Of a stretch of DNA of 64,000 nucleotides, positions 15,553 to 27,793 are shown in pieces; position 1 is the first letter of the stretch; each line of letters opens with the position of its first letter. The translations under genes were made by a program, and so were the position numbers. Source of the stretch: Octopus vulgaris (lineage: Eukaryota). The DNA is taken from positions 151,714,001-151,778,000 of the forward strand of contig OX597815.1 of assembly GCA_951406725.2 (NCBI GenBank). The letters are read 5' to 3'. The notes under the pieces were generated by a model. The model had not been told where the DNA came from, ran no database searches, and saw only the letters and a program-made list of their open reading frames with translations.

Positions 15553-15786
15553 TGGTGGAGCTGGCAGAAACGTTAGCACGCCAGGCGAAATGCTTAGCGG
15601 TATTTCGTCAGCCGTTATGTTGTGAGTTCAAATTCCGCCGAGGTTGACTTTGCCTTTCATCCTTTCGGGGTCGATAAATTAAGTACCAGTTCCGCACTGG
15701 GGTCGATGTAATCGACTTAATACCTATGTCTGTCCTTGTTTGTCCCCTCTAAGTTTAGCCCCTTGTGGGTAATAGAGAAATAGGTT
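15553..15786 (+). mobile_element. tRNA-derived SINE family A. Many copies, e.g. 16060-16460(-), 17570-17720(+), 17942-18146(+), 18522-18738(-), 31468-31664(-), 39425-40495(-, interrupted), 42700-42870(-), 54205-54410(-)
   Basis: Head TGGCAGAAWCGTTAG with B-box GAGTTCAAATTCC; conserved body GTCGACTTTGCCTTTCATCCTTTCGGGGTCGATAAA.TAAGTACCAG; two alternative 3' tails. Confidence 0.88.
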
Positions 15787-18700
15787 CTCAACTCCAGGTG
15801 GATGACACCGTTGCACCATTCAGGTGACAACCTTCCAAGCCCAGAGGTCTGCTTGAGTAGTTGTTGCTGAAGAGGGTTTTACGAGGTCAGAGTGCAAACC
15901 CTGCCTCAACCTCCTTTTAGTTGCCTTTTATGACATGCAGAGGAAACGTTGGGTTTATTAGATCTTTTCCTTTTGATGGACAGAATTCAACACAATTTCT
16001 AGTTAACTCCTAGACATGCCAGTCCCCATACAGGGAGTAGGGTGTGACTTTATATAATAATTATTCCTACTCTCGGCACAAGGCCTTGAAAATTATGGGG
16101 GAAGGGGACTAGTTGATTATATCGATCCCTGTGAATAATATACTTATTTCAAAGACCCCGAAAGGAGGAAAGGCAAAGTCGACTTTGGGGGAATTTGAAC
16201 TCAGAACATAAAGACAGATGAAATACCTATTTCTTTACTACCCACAAGGGGCTAAACACAGAGGGGACAAACAAGGACAGACAAACGGATTAAGTCGATT
16301 ATACCAACCCCAGTGCATAACTGGTACTTATGTAATCAACCCCGAAAGGATGAAAGGCAAAGTCGACCTTGGCGGAATTTGAACTCGGAACGTAGCCACA
16401 GATGAAATACCGCTAAGCATTTCACCCCGCATGCTATCAATTCTGCCAGCTTGCTGCCTTACTCTTTTACTTGTTTCAGTCATTTGACTGCGGCCATGCT
16501 GGAGCACTGCCTTTAGTTGAGTAAATTGACCCCAGGACTTATTCTCTGGAAGCCTAGTACTTATTCTATCAGTCTCTTTTGCCAAACCGCTAAGGTATGG
16601 GGATGCAAACACACCACCATTTGTTGTCAAGCGATGTTGGTGGGGACAAACACAGACATATACACACACATACATACATACATACATACATACATACATA
16701 GGGGGACAAGCAGAGACACACACACATATACACAATGGGCTTCTTTCAGTTTTCATCTACCAAATTCACTCACAAGGCTTTGGTCAACCTGAGGCTATAG
16801 TAGAAGACACTTGCCCAAAGTGCCATGCAGTGGGAATGAACCCGGAACCATGTGGTTGGGAAGCAAGGTACTTACCACACAGCCACTCCTGCATCTATAA
16901 TAATGTTTTTTTATTACCACAAAGGCTTTACAAAACACACTAGGGATGGTAATGGACAATACAGTATGGGGTCACATAAAGAAGAGTGTAAAAAGTAGAA
17001 AAGCGGTGATGTTGATGATGATGATGATGATAATAATAATAATAATTCTTTCTACTGGAGACACAAAGCTTCACCTGAAAGGATGAAATGCAAAGTTGAT
17101 CTCGGTGGAACTTGAACTCAGAACGTAGTGGCAGATGAAATACTATTGAGCATTTTGTGTGGCGTGCTAATGATTCTGCCAGCCTTAATAATAATAATAA
17201 TAATAATAATCCTTTCTATTATAGGCACAAGGACTGAAAATTTGGGGGAAGGGGACCCTAGGATATTGAAAGCATTGTGATAGCAAAGGAGAATGGGTAC
17301 CAGCCAGCTCAAAGGTTGGTGGGAGCTGCACCTGCTTACCTTGGTTGCTATGGCATTGAGGTAGACCCGGCCACCCCTGTTAACGGGGACAAAACCCGGA
17401 TTTAAAATACTGGATGATGATGATGATGTCAGCTTAAACATGTTCCTGGAACCCCAGTACTACTTTTTGCAAACCACAAGTTGGGAACCACTGATAAACA
17501 ATAAGCTCGTTATTATAATGAACCTCTTGGGATACAGCAAAATTATCATTGTTCCTATTAAGGTGATAATCTGGCAGAATCATTAGCATGCTGAACGCAA
17601 TGCTTAGTAGCATTTCATTCATCTTTATGTTCTGAGTTCAAATTCTGCCGAGGTTGACTTTGCCTTTCATCCTTTCAAGGTCAATAAGATAAGTACCAGT
17701 TGAACACTGGGGTCAATGACACAGAATGTGTGAAGGCAGCCCTTTGAATTACAGGTACAACTCATTTTTGTCAGCTGGGCTGATTGGAGCAACATGAAAT
17801 AAAGTGTCTTGCTCAAGGACACAGCATACCCCTAACCACTAAACCAAGTCTTCACATCTGCTATACCACACACCACATATATCCTCAGACAACATGCTAT
17901 AAAACACATCCAAGGCTGCTACACAACATAATAAGTCTTGACTGGCAGAAATGTTAGCATGCCGGGTAAAATGCTTAGTGGTATTTCATCTGTCTTTATG
18001 TTCTGAGTTCAAATTCCGCCGAGGTCGACTTTGCCTTTCCTCCTTTTGGAATCAATAAATTTAAGTACCAGTTGAACTGGGGTCAATCTAATCAACTGGC
18101 CCCCTCTCCCAAGATTTCAGGCCTTGTGCCTAGAGTAGTAAAGAATATCCTGGGGTCCATAGGAAAACTCATTTAATTAAAAGTGGTCCTTGTTAGTGAA
18201 AAGATAGGGAACCACTGTTGCATACAGTGGCCAGGTACACTATAACTCATCGGGAAAATAGGCAAAATGAGGGGACAAAATGCAGCAGGTAAATCAAGCA
18301 AAAAAAGTGGAAAAGAGGAAATGATGCAGAAGCACAATCAGGAATAGTGTTGGGGAATTTCTGAAGGATGCAATGTTCTGTTAGCTAGCAATTGATGTGG
18401 GTAATTTATCCCATGTCTTGACAATTCTTACTATAAAATATGTTTCTGAACATCATAACTTCTGTAGTATTTTGAGGAATATTTGGCTGCATCTTCTAGC
18501 AAGCCATCAGCTCCTACTAGTATCTTTCTTTATTACTCACAAGGGGCTAAACATAGAGGGGACAAACATAGGAATTAAGTCGATTACATCGACCCCAGTG
18601 CGTAACTGGTACTTAATTTATCGACCCCGAAAGGATGAAAGGCAAAGTCGACCTGGGTGGAATTTGAACTCACAATGTTGCGACAGACGAAATACCGCTA

Positions 18701-18940
18701 CGCATTTTGCCCGGTGCGATAACGTTTCTGCCAGCTTACTAGTAATGTATAAATCGGCATCTTTTAAAGTGGCTTCTATGAAGAAACTGTGAGGTACGGT
18801 TGGATAAAGATGTTTTTTAAGAAAATTTTAAAAAGCTATTTTATGAAAAAAATTCACCCTTTTCAAAACACTATATTTTTTTAATATAAATTCTTTCTCT
18901 AAAACAATTTCCATTTAATATACATCATTACAATTAACAT

Positions 18941-19190
18941 GTGAAGGTGCATGATGCAGTGGTTAGAGCACCGGGCTGTGTAATGTGTTGCAACATCACT
19001 GGTGCCAAGCTGTATCAGCCTTTACCTTTCCCTTGGATATCATCAGCATGGAGAGGTGAGTCTGGTATTCATGGGCGACTGCTGGTCTTCCATAAACAAC
19101 CTTACCCAGACTTGTGCGTCAGAGGGGAACTTTCTAGGTGCAATCCCATGGTCATTCATGACCGAAGGGAATCGTTACCTTTTACTCTTT
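18941..19190 (+). mobile_element. tRNA/CORE-type SINE family E, internally deleted. Fuller copy at 52694-53030(-); variants at ~6980-7240(-), 37670-37890(-), 50690-50940(+)
   Basis: Head GCATGRYKCAGTGGTYAGAGC; fuller copies carry CTTGARCAAGACACT; shared tail CTAGGTGCAATCCCATGGTCATT. Confidence 0.8.
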
Positions 19191-19363
19191 ACAATGAACA
19201 TGGCAGGAATTGTGCAGGTGTGGATGTGAGGTAAGAAGCTTGCTTCCCAATCACAGGGTTCTGGGTTCAGCTCCAGTAGTAGAAATGTCTTCTACTACAG
19301 CCTCAGGCCAACCAAAACCTTGTGAATGGATTTGATAGGCAGAAACTTGAAGAAGCTCATCAT

Positions 19364-20585
19364 ATTTGCTAAAGCCTTTAACTCTGTGCCACACAAAAAA
19401 CTTATGGTGAAGCTTTCTGCGTTGGGTGTAAGAGACGAACTCTATAACTGGTTGAAGCCCTTTATTTTCGGCCGAAAAGAGGTTGTCACAGTTCTAGGAC
19501 AGCACTCTTCGCCCTATGAGATGACATCTGGTGTACCACAGGGATCTGTTCTTGGCCCCCTTTTATTTGTTGCATATGTTAATGACATAGATACCAACTT
19601 AAAGAATGCCACAGTACTGAAATATGCAGATGACATCAAGCTGTACCTCGAAATAAAGAGGTCAGATCCTGTACACTATAGATCTCTATTGCAAGCAGAC
19701 CTGGACACAATGCAGCAGTGGATCATGGACTGGCAACTCAAGCTGGCTGTGGACAAATGTACCACCATGCATTTTGGGAGGAGAAACTCAGCGTCCACTT
19801 ACTCCCTCCACAACACTAGTCTCAAAAAGTCTTCATGTGAACGTGACCTGGGTGTTATTGTCGACAGTGATTTGCGTTGGACAAAACACATTGCTAAAAT
19901 TGTCAAGAAGGCTGAGGGTGTCTTGGCATCACTCACCAAATCCTTTGTGAGCCGCTCTCCGACTATCTATCTGCGGCTTTATATAGCTATGGTAAGACCT
20001 CACCTGGAATTTGCCTCATCGGTCTGGAACCCCTATCTTGCCCAGGATATCAATCGTCTGGAAGCTGTTCAGCGACATGCAACCAAAAGAATACCCTCCA
20101 TCAGGCATTTGCCATATCCTGAACGCCTTACTTCCCTGGGCATGGACACATTGAAACTCCGACGTCTGGCAGCTGACTTGGCAGACACACATAAAATTAT
20201 CAACCATCGAACAAACAATAACTCTGAGCACCATTTCAAACTCCACCCATCTAACACCCGTGGACATATTTACAAAGTCAGAAAACAGCACAGCTCCCAA
20301 GACTTCAGGAAACATTTTTTCACACTGAGAGTTGCTGAAGCATGGAACAAACTGCCGGCATCAGTTGTTAGTTGTCGGAGCACTGCATCCTTCAAAACTT
20401 CCATGCTTCGTGAGATTCGCCAACACTACACCTGATTTTCTCCCCTCCATACATACACAAGCATGTAGCTGACTCATGCATTGTTTGCTTTCCAGACATT
20501 TGTACATTACTGCATATACTCTGACAAGTTGTGGTGCACCTGAGCACTGTATACAATAATTTCATTATTATTATTTTTATTATTT
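19364..20585 (+). mobile_element. 5'-truncated CR1-clade LINE with uninterrupted RT and C-terminus, inserted into a family B SINE
   Basis: ORF 19326-20435 contains FAKAFNSVPH, SGVPQGSVLGPLLF, YADD, ERDLGV, VRPHLEFASSVWNPY, RKHFFTLRV..WNKLP, followed by an (ATT)n tail. SINE B halves lie at 19213-19363 and 20585-20877. Confidence 0.92.
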
Positions 20586-21788
20586 ATATATGTGTATGTG
20601 TGTAAGTAGATTTGTTGGAGAGAAACTTGAAGAAGCCCATTATATATGTGTGTGCATGTATGTCCGCGTTTGTGTTTGTCTCCCACTACTGCTTGATAAC
20701 TGATATTGGTGTATTTATGCCTGTGTAACTTAGCAGTTCAGCAAAAGAGACTGATAGAATAAGTACCAGGCTTTAAAAAAAAATTTTTAATAAGTACAGG
20801 GGTTGATTTGTTTAACTAAACCCATCATAGTGGTGCTCCAGTATGGCTCCAGTTCAATGACTGAAACAAACAATAAAGGGTTCCACAATTCAAGGCAAAA
20901 ACAACAAAACACATAAAAGGATTCACAACAAAATAAATTTAGGGATCGCAGATATAGGTGTTCTCCTATCACATTGAAGATTTCTTTACTCCTTGAAAGA
21001 AGGGCAGTATCTAAGGTCCTTTATAGTACTTCCAAGGCTGGTGGGAAGAAAGGAAGGACTGTATCCTTTGACTGCAGGCATGATGAGGGAGAAACACACA
21101 CACAAATGGGTTTCTTTCAGTTTCCATCTACCAAATCTGCTCAACAAGGCTTTGGTCAGCCTGAGGCTAGAGTAGAAGACATGCCCAAGGTTCCATGCAG
21201 TGGGACGGAACCCAGAACCATGTGGATGGGAAGCAAGCTTCTTACCACACAGCAATGCTTTGTGCCTGTGAAATTAATGCTAATAATAATAATAATGATA
21301 ATGATAATAATTTCTTTTTAGCTTGATCTAAAGCCTCAAATTTATAGGGGAAGGGGAATGAAATAATCCCAAAATAAGCTTTACTTGAAAAGCACTAAAA
21401 ATACACATAACCAAGACAGACTTAGTCTTTTATTCTCACTAGTAACTATTGGCATTGATTACACTGACATTTTCCTCCACCAAAAGAAAAAAAATCAATA
21501 TTTGACGGAATGAATAACTGAATTTATGGAAATAAAATAAAAAAAATTACCTTCAGTATCTTTTTTTTTTTACTTCTTTTCATCTCTTGCATATATATTA
21601 ATTGGTGTTATCAACTGTGAGTTGAGCCACAACTGGCTTAAATGTATGAGGTGATTCATGTAGTGAAGTACACACACACACGTCTACTGAGAGGTACACA
21701 CACACACATTCATGTATAATGTTGGTGTATTCAACAAAAAAGTACATGATAACTGAAAGACTATATATAATTAAGACACCCACATATA

Positions 21789-21950
21789 CACTATATTTTA
21801 ACATGTATAAGTAACCCCCTAATTTTTGAGGTTTAAAATTTGGAAAAAAGGTAAGGAATTATAATACTAATCATGTATAAGAAACACACATATATATTTA
21901 ACCTAATTTTTGACAAAAAAAGGGTTCCTTATACATGTTAAAATACGGTA
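21789..21950. mobile_element. Tc1/pogo-type MITE
   Basis: Inverted termini CTATATTTTAACATGTATAAG / CTTATACATGTTAAAATACGG-TA. Confidence 0.65.
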
Positions 21951-22049
21951 CTTTGCTTTTCCATAGCAGTACCGATAACCAGATGTTAACATTTAAAACA
22001 CTTATAATGCATGGTATTCCTAAGCTCTAGTAGCAAGGAAGTATGAATT

Positions 22050-22135
22050 AAGGCACTGATGAAGCTATACAATGTTGCACTGATACCCAAATCAGTGTGC
22101 ACAAATCCTTATAACTGAAACAGCTGAAAGTTAAT
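22050..22135 (+). ncRNA. Degenerate type I hammerhead-like motif (second family)
   Basis: CTGATGA (22056-22062), stem II AGCTATA/TATAACT, GAAAC (22117-22121), then the palindrome AGCT. The cleavage triplet position reads GAA, which is not NUH. Confidence 0.4.
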
Positions 22136-23693
22136 GAATGTGATTCTGTAAATCCTTCTTTCCTGCCATATCAGCCTCATCACTTAACCATGCTGGAATG
22201 GTTTGGACAGTTTAACAGAAACTGGCAAGCCAGAAGACTGTGAGGAGCTCCACTGTCTGCTCTGGTGTGGTTTTTACAGCTGGACATGCTGTGCTTGAGA
22301 AGACCCATCAAGCCAAGTGAAATCATAGTTGTGGCCGATGCCAGGGTGATGTAACTGGTAGCCATGCCAGTGGCACGTAAACAGTACCCTTTGAACTTTG
22401 GGCCGCATGGAAGAAATGACAAGTGACCAAAACCTTTGACAATATACCATGCTTGAGAAGACCTGTCAAGTCAAGTGAGATCACAGTTGTGATCAATGCC
22501 GGTGTTTCATAACTGGCACCTTTGCTGGTGACACTTAAAAAGCACCCACTACACTCTTGGAGTGGTTGGCATTAGGAAGAGCATCCAGCCGTAGAGATTT
22601 TCCCAAATCAGATTGGAACCTGGTGCAGCCCTCTGGCTTACCAGTTTTCAGTCAAACCATCCAACCTATCCCAGCATGGAAAATGGACATTAAATGATGA
22701 TGATGATGATGTCCTTTCTAATGCCAACCACGTTATCCGCATGATTATATATAAATATATATACATATATTCGTTTATTTGTTTCAGTCATTTGACTGTA
22801 GCCATGCTGGAACACCATCTTTAGTTGAACAAATGGACCCCAGGACTTGTTCTTTGTAAGCCTAGTACTTATTCTATCGGTTCTCTTTTGCCAAACTGCT
22901 AAGTTACGGGGATGTAAACACACTAACATTGGTTGTCAAGAATTGGTGAGGGGAAGGACAAACACAGACATATGCATATATATATATATGATGGGCTTTT
23001 AGTTTCTGTCTACCAAATCTACTCACAAGGCTTTGGTCATCCTGAGACTATAGTAGAAGACACTTGCCCAAGGTGCCAAACATTGGGACTGAACCCAAAA
23101 CCATGTGGTTGGTAGGCAAGCTAATTACCAAACTGCCATGCTTACAAGAGTAAAGTTGACAGGGACTCGACAGTTTTGGCTAACTAGCTGTCATCTAGGC
23201 TGTGATTAAATTTGGGTTCTCAACTCAAATATATACATATATATATCCTCATCATCATCGTTTAACATCCGCTTTCCATGCTAGCATGGGTTGGACGATT
23301 TGACTGAGGACTGGCAAACCCGATGGCTGCACCAGGCTCCAATCTGATCTGGCAGAGTTTCTACAGCTGGATGCCCTTCCTAATGCCAACCACTCCGAGT
23401 GTGTAGTGGGTACTTTTAAGTGCCAGTCAAGTGGTACTGGCAACGGCCACGCTTAAGTGGTGTTTTTTATGTGCTACCTGCACAGGAGCCAGTCCAGTGG
23501 CACTGGCAACGACCTTGCTCGAATGTTTCTTCACATGCCAGTAAGGCAATGTTGGTAACGATCACACTCAAATGGTGCTTTTTATGTGCCACCGGCATAG
23601 AAGCCAGTTAGCTGCTCTGGCAACAATCATGCTTGGATGGTGCTCTTAGCGCCCCACTAGCATGGATGCCAGTCATCGAATTTGATTTCGATA

Positions 23694-24071
23694 CAGTAGA
23701 ACGTCACAGTACGAGTGCCCCATTCTACGAGTAATTTGCTCTGTGAGCCGAGACTTGTGCAAATCTTAGTCTTGAAGTATGAGCTGAGATCCGCAGTACA
23801 AGCACACAAATTGCCCCATCTTTAAGGTAATTCAGTTAATAAAACCAGTTTACATATTTCTTTTGCATTCTCTTTTGTATAATTCTCATTTTACTTGTAA
23901 CTACACCTTTTCTGTTTTAAAACCCATAAAAAAACTATTTCTGAGTGGTTTTTGTGGGCTGGAATGGATTAATTATCTTTTAGTTAATTTTAATGGGGAA
24001 AAATGGTTGTAAAATGAGTAAGACGAGCTCGGTCATGGAACGAATTAAACTCATACTACAAGGTATCACTG
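23694..24071. mobile_element. Tigger/pogo-type MITE
   Basis: TA|CAGTAGAACGTCACAGTACGAGT ... ACTCATACTACAAGGTATCACTG|TA. Confidence 0.75.
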
Positions 24072-24351
24072 TATAAAAACATTATACATGGTATGAAAAA
24101 CTAAACCAAGTCACACTCTGATATAAGAAAATGAGCAAAACTTAGAAGTCACTATCAACCTTTTGTAAAAATACAGTACTCTACTAAAAAATATAGAATG
24201 GTCCTTTAATTTTAATATATTGCTGTTTTTTATAAAAACCTTACATAAAACAGACATTAATATATGTGTGTGTGTATACATGTATACACTTTTCCATGCT
24301 TCACCATTGTCATCATCCTTTAACATCCGTTTTCCACGCTGTCATGGATAG

Positions 24352-24390
<39 letters not shown>

Positions 24391-24450
24391 TATATATATA
24401 GTTGAAAAGAGGTAATGAGTCGATACAAAGCAAAAATTATAGTTACAAAA

Positions 24451-25329
24451 ATAAAGTTGGAAAAGTCACAGGAGTATATTTTAGAAAATGTTTAGTATTT
24501 TTGTTACAGTGAGTGATTTAAAATATAACCCATTTCAATGTATCTATCTTATCAAATATTAGAAATAATTTTTGGAGAAATCAGAGAGGATGAAAGAACT
24601 CAAATATGGGTACAAACTGTTAAACCCACCAAACATTTTCTTTCTCTTTGACTTCCAAATAAATTCTAATATTTGATAAGATGGAGACATCAAAACCAGT
24701 TATATTTTAACTTACTCACTGTAACAAACATACTAAACAGTAGAGCAAGTAGTTACATCTAAGTGGCAGATGAATATTACTACTAGTTTAACCCCAAGCG
24801 GATTCTCCACCAGCTGGTTTTTTGGTGCAAGCTTTGCACCCTTTATATACAATACATTGCTAGCCACTTAGATGTGGCTATTTGCTTTACTGCTTAGTAT
24901 ACGTTACTCTATCTCTTCTTGAGATTTTATTCTTAGCTATTTTACTTGTTGCAGATGAGTGAGCAATGGTCACCTTGATTACAATATATCACTGGCAGAG
25001 GCAGATTTTGGCTATCAATCCAATGCAAAGGTGACGTGAGCCAACTAGCTTGAAACTGGCTGGTCCCGCAATCCTGTCAGCTACTAGAAGGTAGTAGGGG
25101 TTTGCTACCCCCTGCTAGCAATGTATATAAGGATGCAGAGCTTGCTCCGAAAGCCAGCTGGCGGAGAATCTGCCTGGGGTTAAACTAATAGTAACATTCA
25201 TCTGCCGCTTAGATGTGGCTAATAGCTCTGCTGTTTAGTATGTGTTACTACTGTATCTCTTCTTGAGATTTTATGACAAAATATTAAATATTCTCTAAGA
25301 TATACTTCTGCACCTTTTCCAACTTTATA
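24451..25329. repeat. Unclassified multi-arm fold-back element
   Basis: Outer inverted repeat 24451-24506/25274-25329; inner inverted repeats ~24489-24590/24640-24739 and 24721-24863/25114-25249; direct repeat 24863-24930/25204-25274. Confidence 0.75.
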
Positions 25330-25934
25330 TATCATCATCATTGTTGTTTAACATCTGCTTTCCATGCTGGCTAGGGGTTGGACGGTTTGACTGAAGGCTG
25401 GTGAGCCAGAAAGCTGCACCAGGCTCCAATCTGATCTGGCAATGTTTCTACAGCTGGATGCCCTTCATAACGCCAACCACTCCAAGAGTGTAGCTGGTTC
25501 TTTAACGTGCCACTGGCATGAGGACCAGTCAGGTGGTACTGACAATGACCACACTGAAATTGTGCTTTTTACGTGCCACCTGCATAGGAGCCAGTCAGGT
25601 GGCACCAGCAACGATCACGCTCGAATGGTGCTTTTAACATTTCACCGGCATGGGTGCCAGTCTGGCAGTACTATCATCAGCCACGACAACGATTTCACTT
25701 GCCTCAACAGGTCTTTGCATTTATATATATATATATATATATTATTATTATTATTATGATGATGATTTCTGGAAAGAAAGTCTTGTAATATTTTTGTCAT
25801 GATCAATTAGGAGGTACTTTCTGAATACTTACAGAAAAATAACCATTAATTTTCACATTCTAATGTTTCCTTTTCCCTTTGCAGATTACTTTCTACCATA
25901 GTGGTTAAGTTCATATTGATTTTACCCTTTTAAA

Positions 25935-26880
25935 ATGAGCTTAGATCAGACCCATATCAGACATTGCATGCCATTTGAATTCAAAAAAGGGCTCTTCATC
26001 AATGGAAGCGACAAGAAATATTTGCTCTGTCAATGGAAATGAAGCTTTAATTGAGCGAACATGTCAAGGATGGTTAGGCCAGCTTTCAATTTTTCTCTTA
26101 TAGATTCCCTTCAATCTAAATGCCAAATTCTGTCAATACTGAGCTTCCAAAAGCCAGAGTTGAGAATAATCCAAAACAAACTGCACAAGAATTAGCAAAA
26201 CTATTCAATTCAAGTCACATTTCAATTATAAAACACACTCACAAATCCAGTGAAGTGTCTAAACTTCATCAATAGGTCCCTCATTGACTGACTCCACTTA
26301 ATCAAAGAGCTTGTCATTGAACTACTGAGCCTTTCTTGGCTAGAATCACTGCAAAAGTAGGTTCTCTTTAGTTACAGCCAACGGAAACAACAACAGTTAG
26401 CACTTAATGAAAGGAGAATCCATCCCCAAACCAGGACTATGCCTGAAAAGTATTGTTCTGTGCTCAGTTGGTTATGGAGGGGTGTTATCAATCATGATGG
26501 ATTAAACTAAAATGGAACAGATAATGCGGAGAAATATTGTTGTCAGTTGGAAGCACTGCACAAAAAATCTGCAGAAAAAGCATCATGATTGGTCAATTGT
26601 AAAGGGGTGTTGCTCCTACATAATAATGCAAGACTGCATATTGTCAGAATCACTTAGGAAAAGATTATGGGTCTAAACATGGAAGCTTTGCTCAATTTTC
26701 TTTACTCACCTGACCTTGCTCCATCTATCATCTTTTTCAATAGTAACATTATTTAGGAATGGATACGGTTTATTAATTGCAAGGTTAAAAATGAAGAATT
26801 TTACATGCAAGTAAAATCTTCCAAGTATGTGGGACTATGTAATAAATTAATAAATAATGAGAAATATCATCTTCATTAAA
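25935..26880 (+). mobile_element. Fossil mariner transposase
   Basis: MSLDQTHIRHCMPFEFKKG..EATRNICSV, *VPH*LT (WVPHEL motif), NAEKYCCQL, VLLLHNNARLH, YSPDLAP; many stops and frameshifts. Confidence 0.88.
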
Positions 26881-26955
26881 TATTTCAATTAAAATCAATG
26901 AAACATTTCGTTTCTTTCACATCTTGAAAAACGACAGGAATTTCCTCCTGACGTA

Positions 26956-27010
<55 letters not shown>

Positions 27011-27715
27011 AGCAAGCTCATACGTAGAAATATACATGCAAGCACATGGGTGCATATTTACAAGCAAGCACTCACATGTACATAGATACACGCAAGCAAC
27101 ACTTGTACATATACACAAATGCACACACATACACAAATATAAATCGGGCAATTTATTATGAAAACACAAGTGGTTTCCGCTATATACATCATTTTATTTT
27201 ATTTTATTTTGAAGGTATACACACTGAAAGTAAAAATTAAAATGATCTTTACAACTCATAGAAAGGACAACAGGCGAACGAGAGACTGTCTGTTATTAAA
27301 AGCTTAAACCGATTGAGGTAAAACGGGGTGACCTCCAACTTTGAATGCAAGCATAGACGATTTGGCACCGTCAAACAGATCACTATCACCACCACCATAA
27401 CCATCAACAACACCTGCACGCATACACACAGCGAACTGTTATGATATTGCATAATTTACAATATATTGCGTAAATCATTATCGATACGCGAGGTAGAGAT
27501 AGAGACAGACTGTGTATGTGTGTGAGTGCATGGTGATTATTGAATAAGTTATGGTTAAATACGATAAGGTACCCGGGAGGGGAAGTCAAGGCCGGTGTTT
27601 CTGGGGGGTAATATGCATAAATATGTAGTATAAATATAGCAACAACGAGCGGGAGAGATGCAGGTATATCGCAACTTAGCAAACTCACTATTTCGTTGCT
27701 TAAATTATCAGTCAT

Positions 27716-27719
<4 letters not shown>

Positions 27720-27788
<69 letters not shown>
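27720..27788. repeat. (GA)n microsatellite
   Basis: Seen directly. Confidence 0.95.

Positions 27789-27793
<5 letters not shown>

Noticed and set aside
21551-21760. Minus-strand exon candidate ending AAG|GTAATT
   Set aside because: The longer reading frames contain stops, the short ATG frame ends in phase 0 (incompatible with the TTC19 acceptor), and no homology was recognised.
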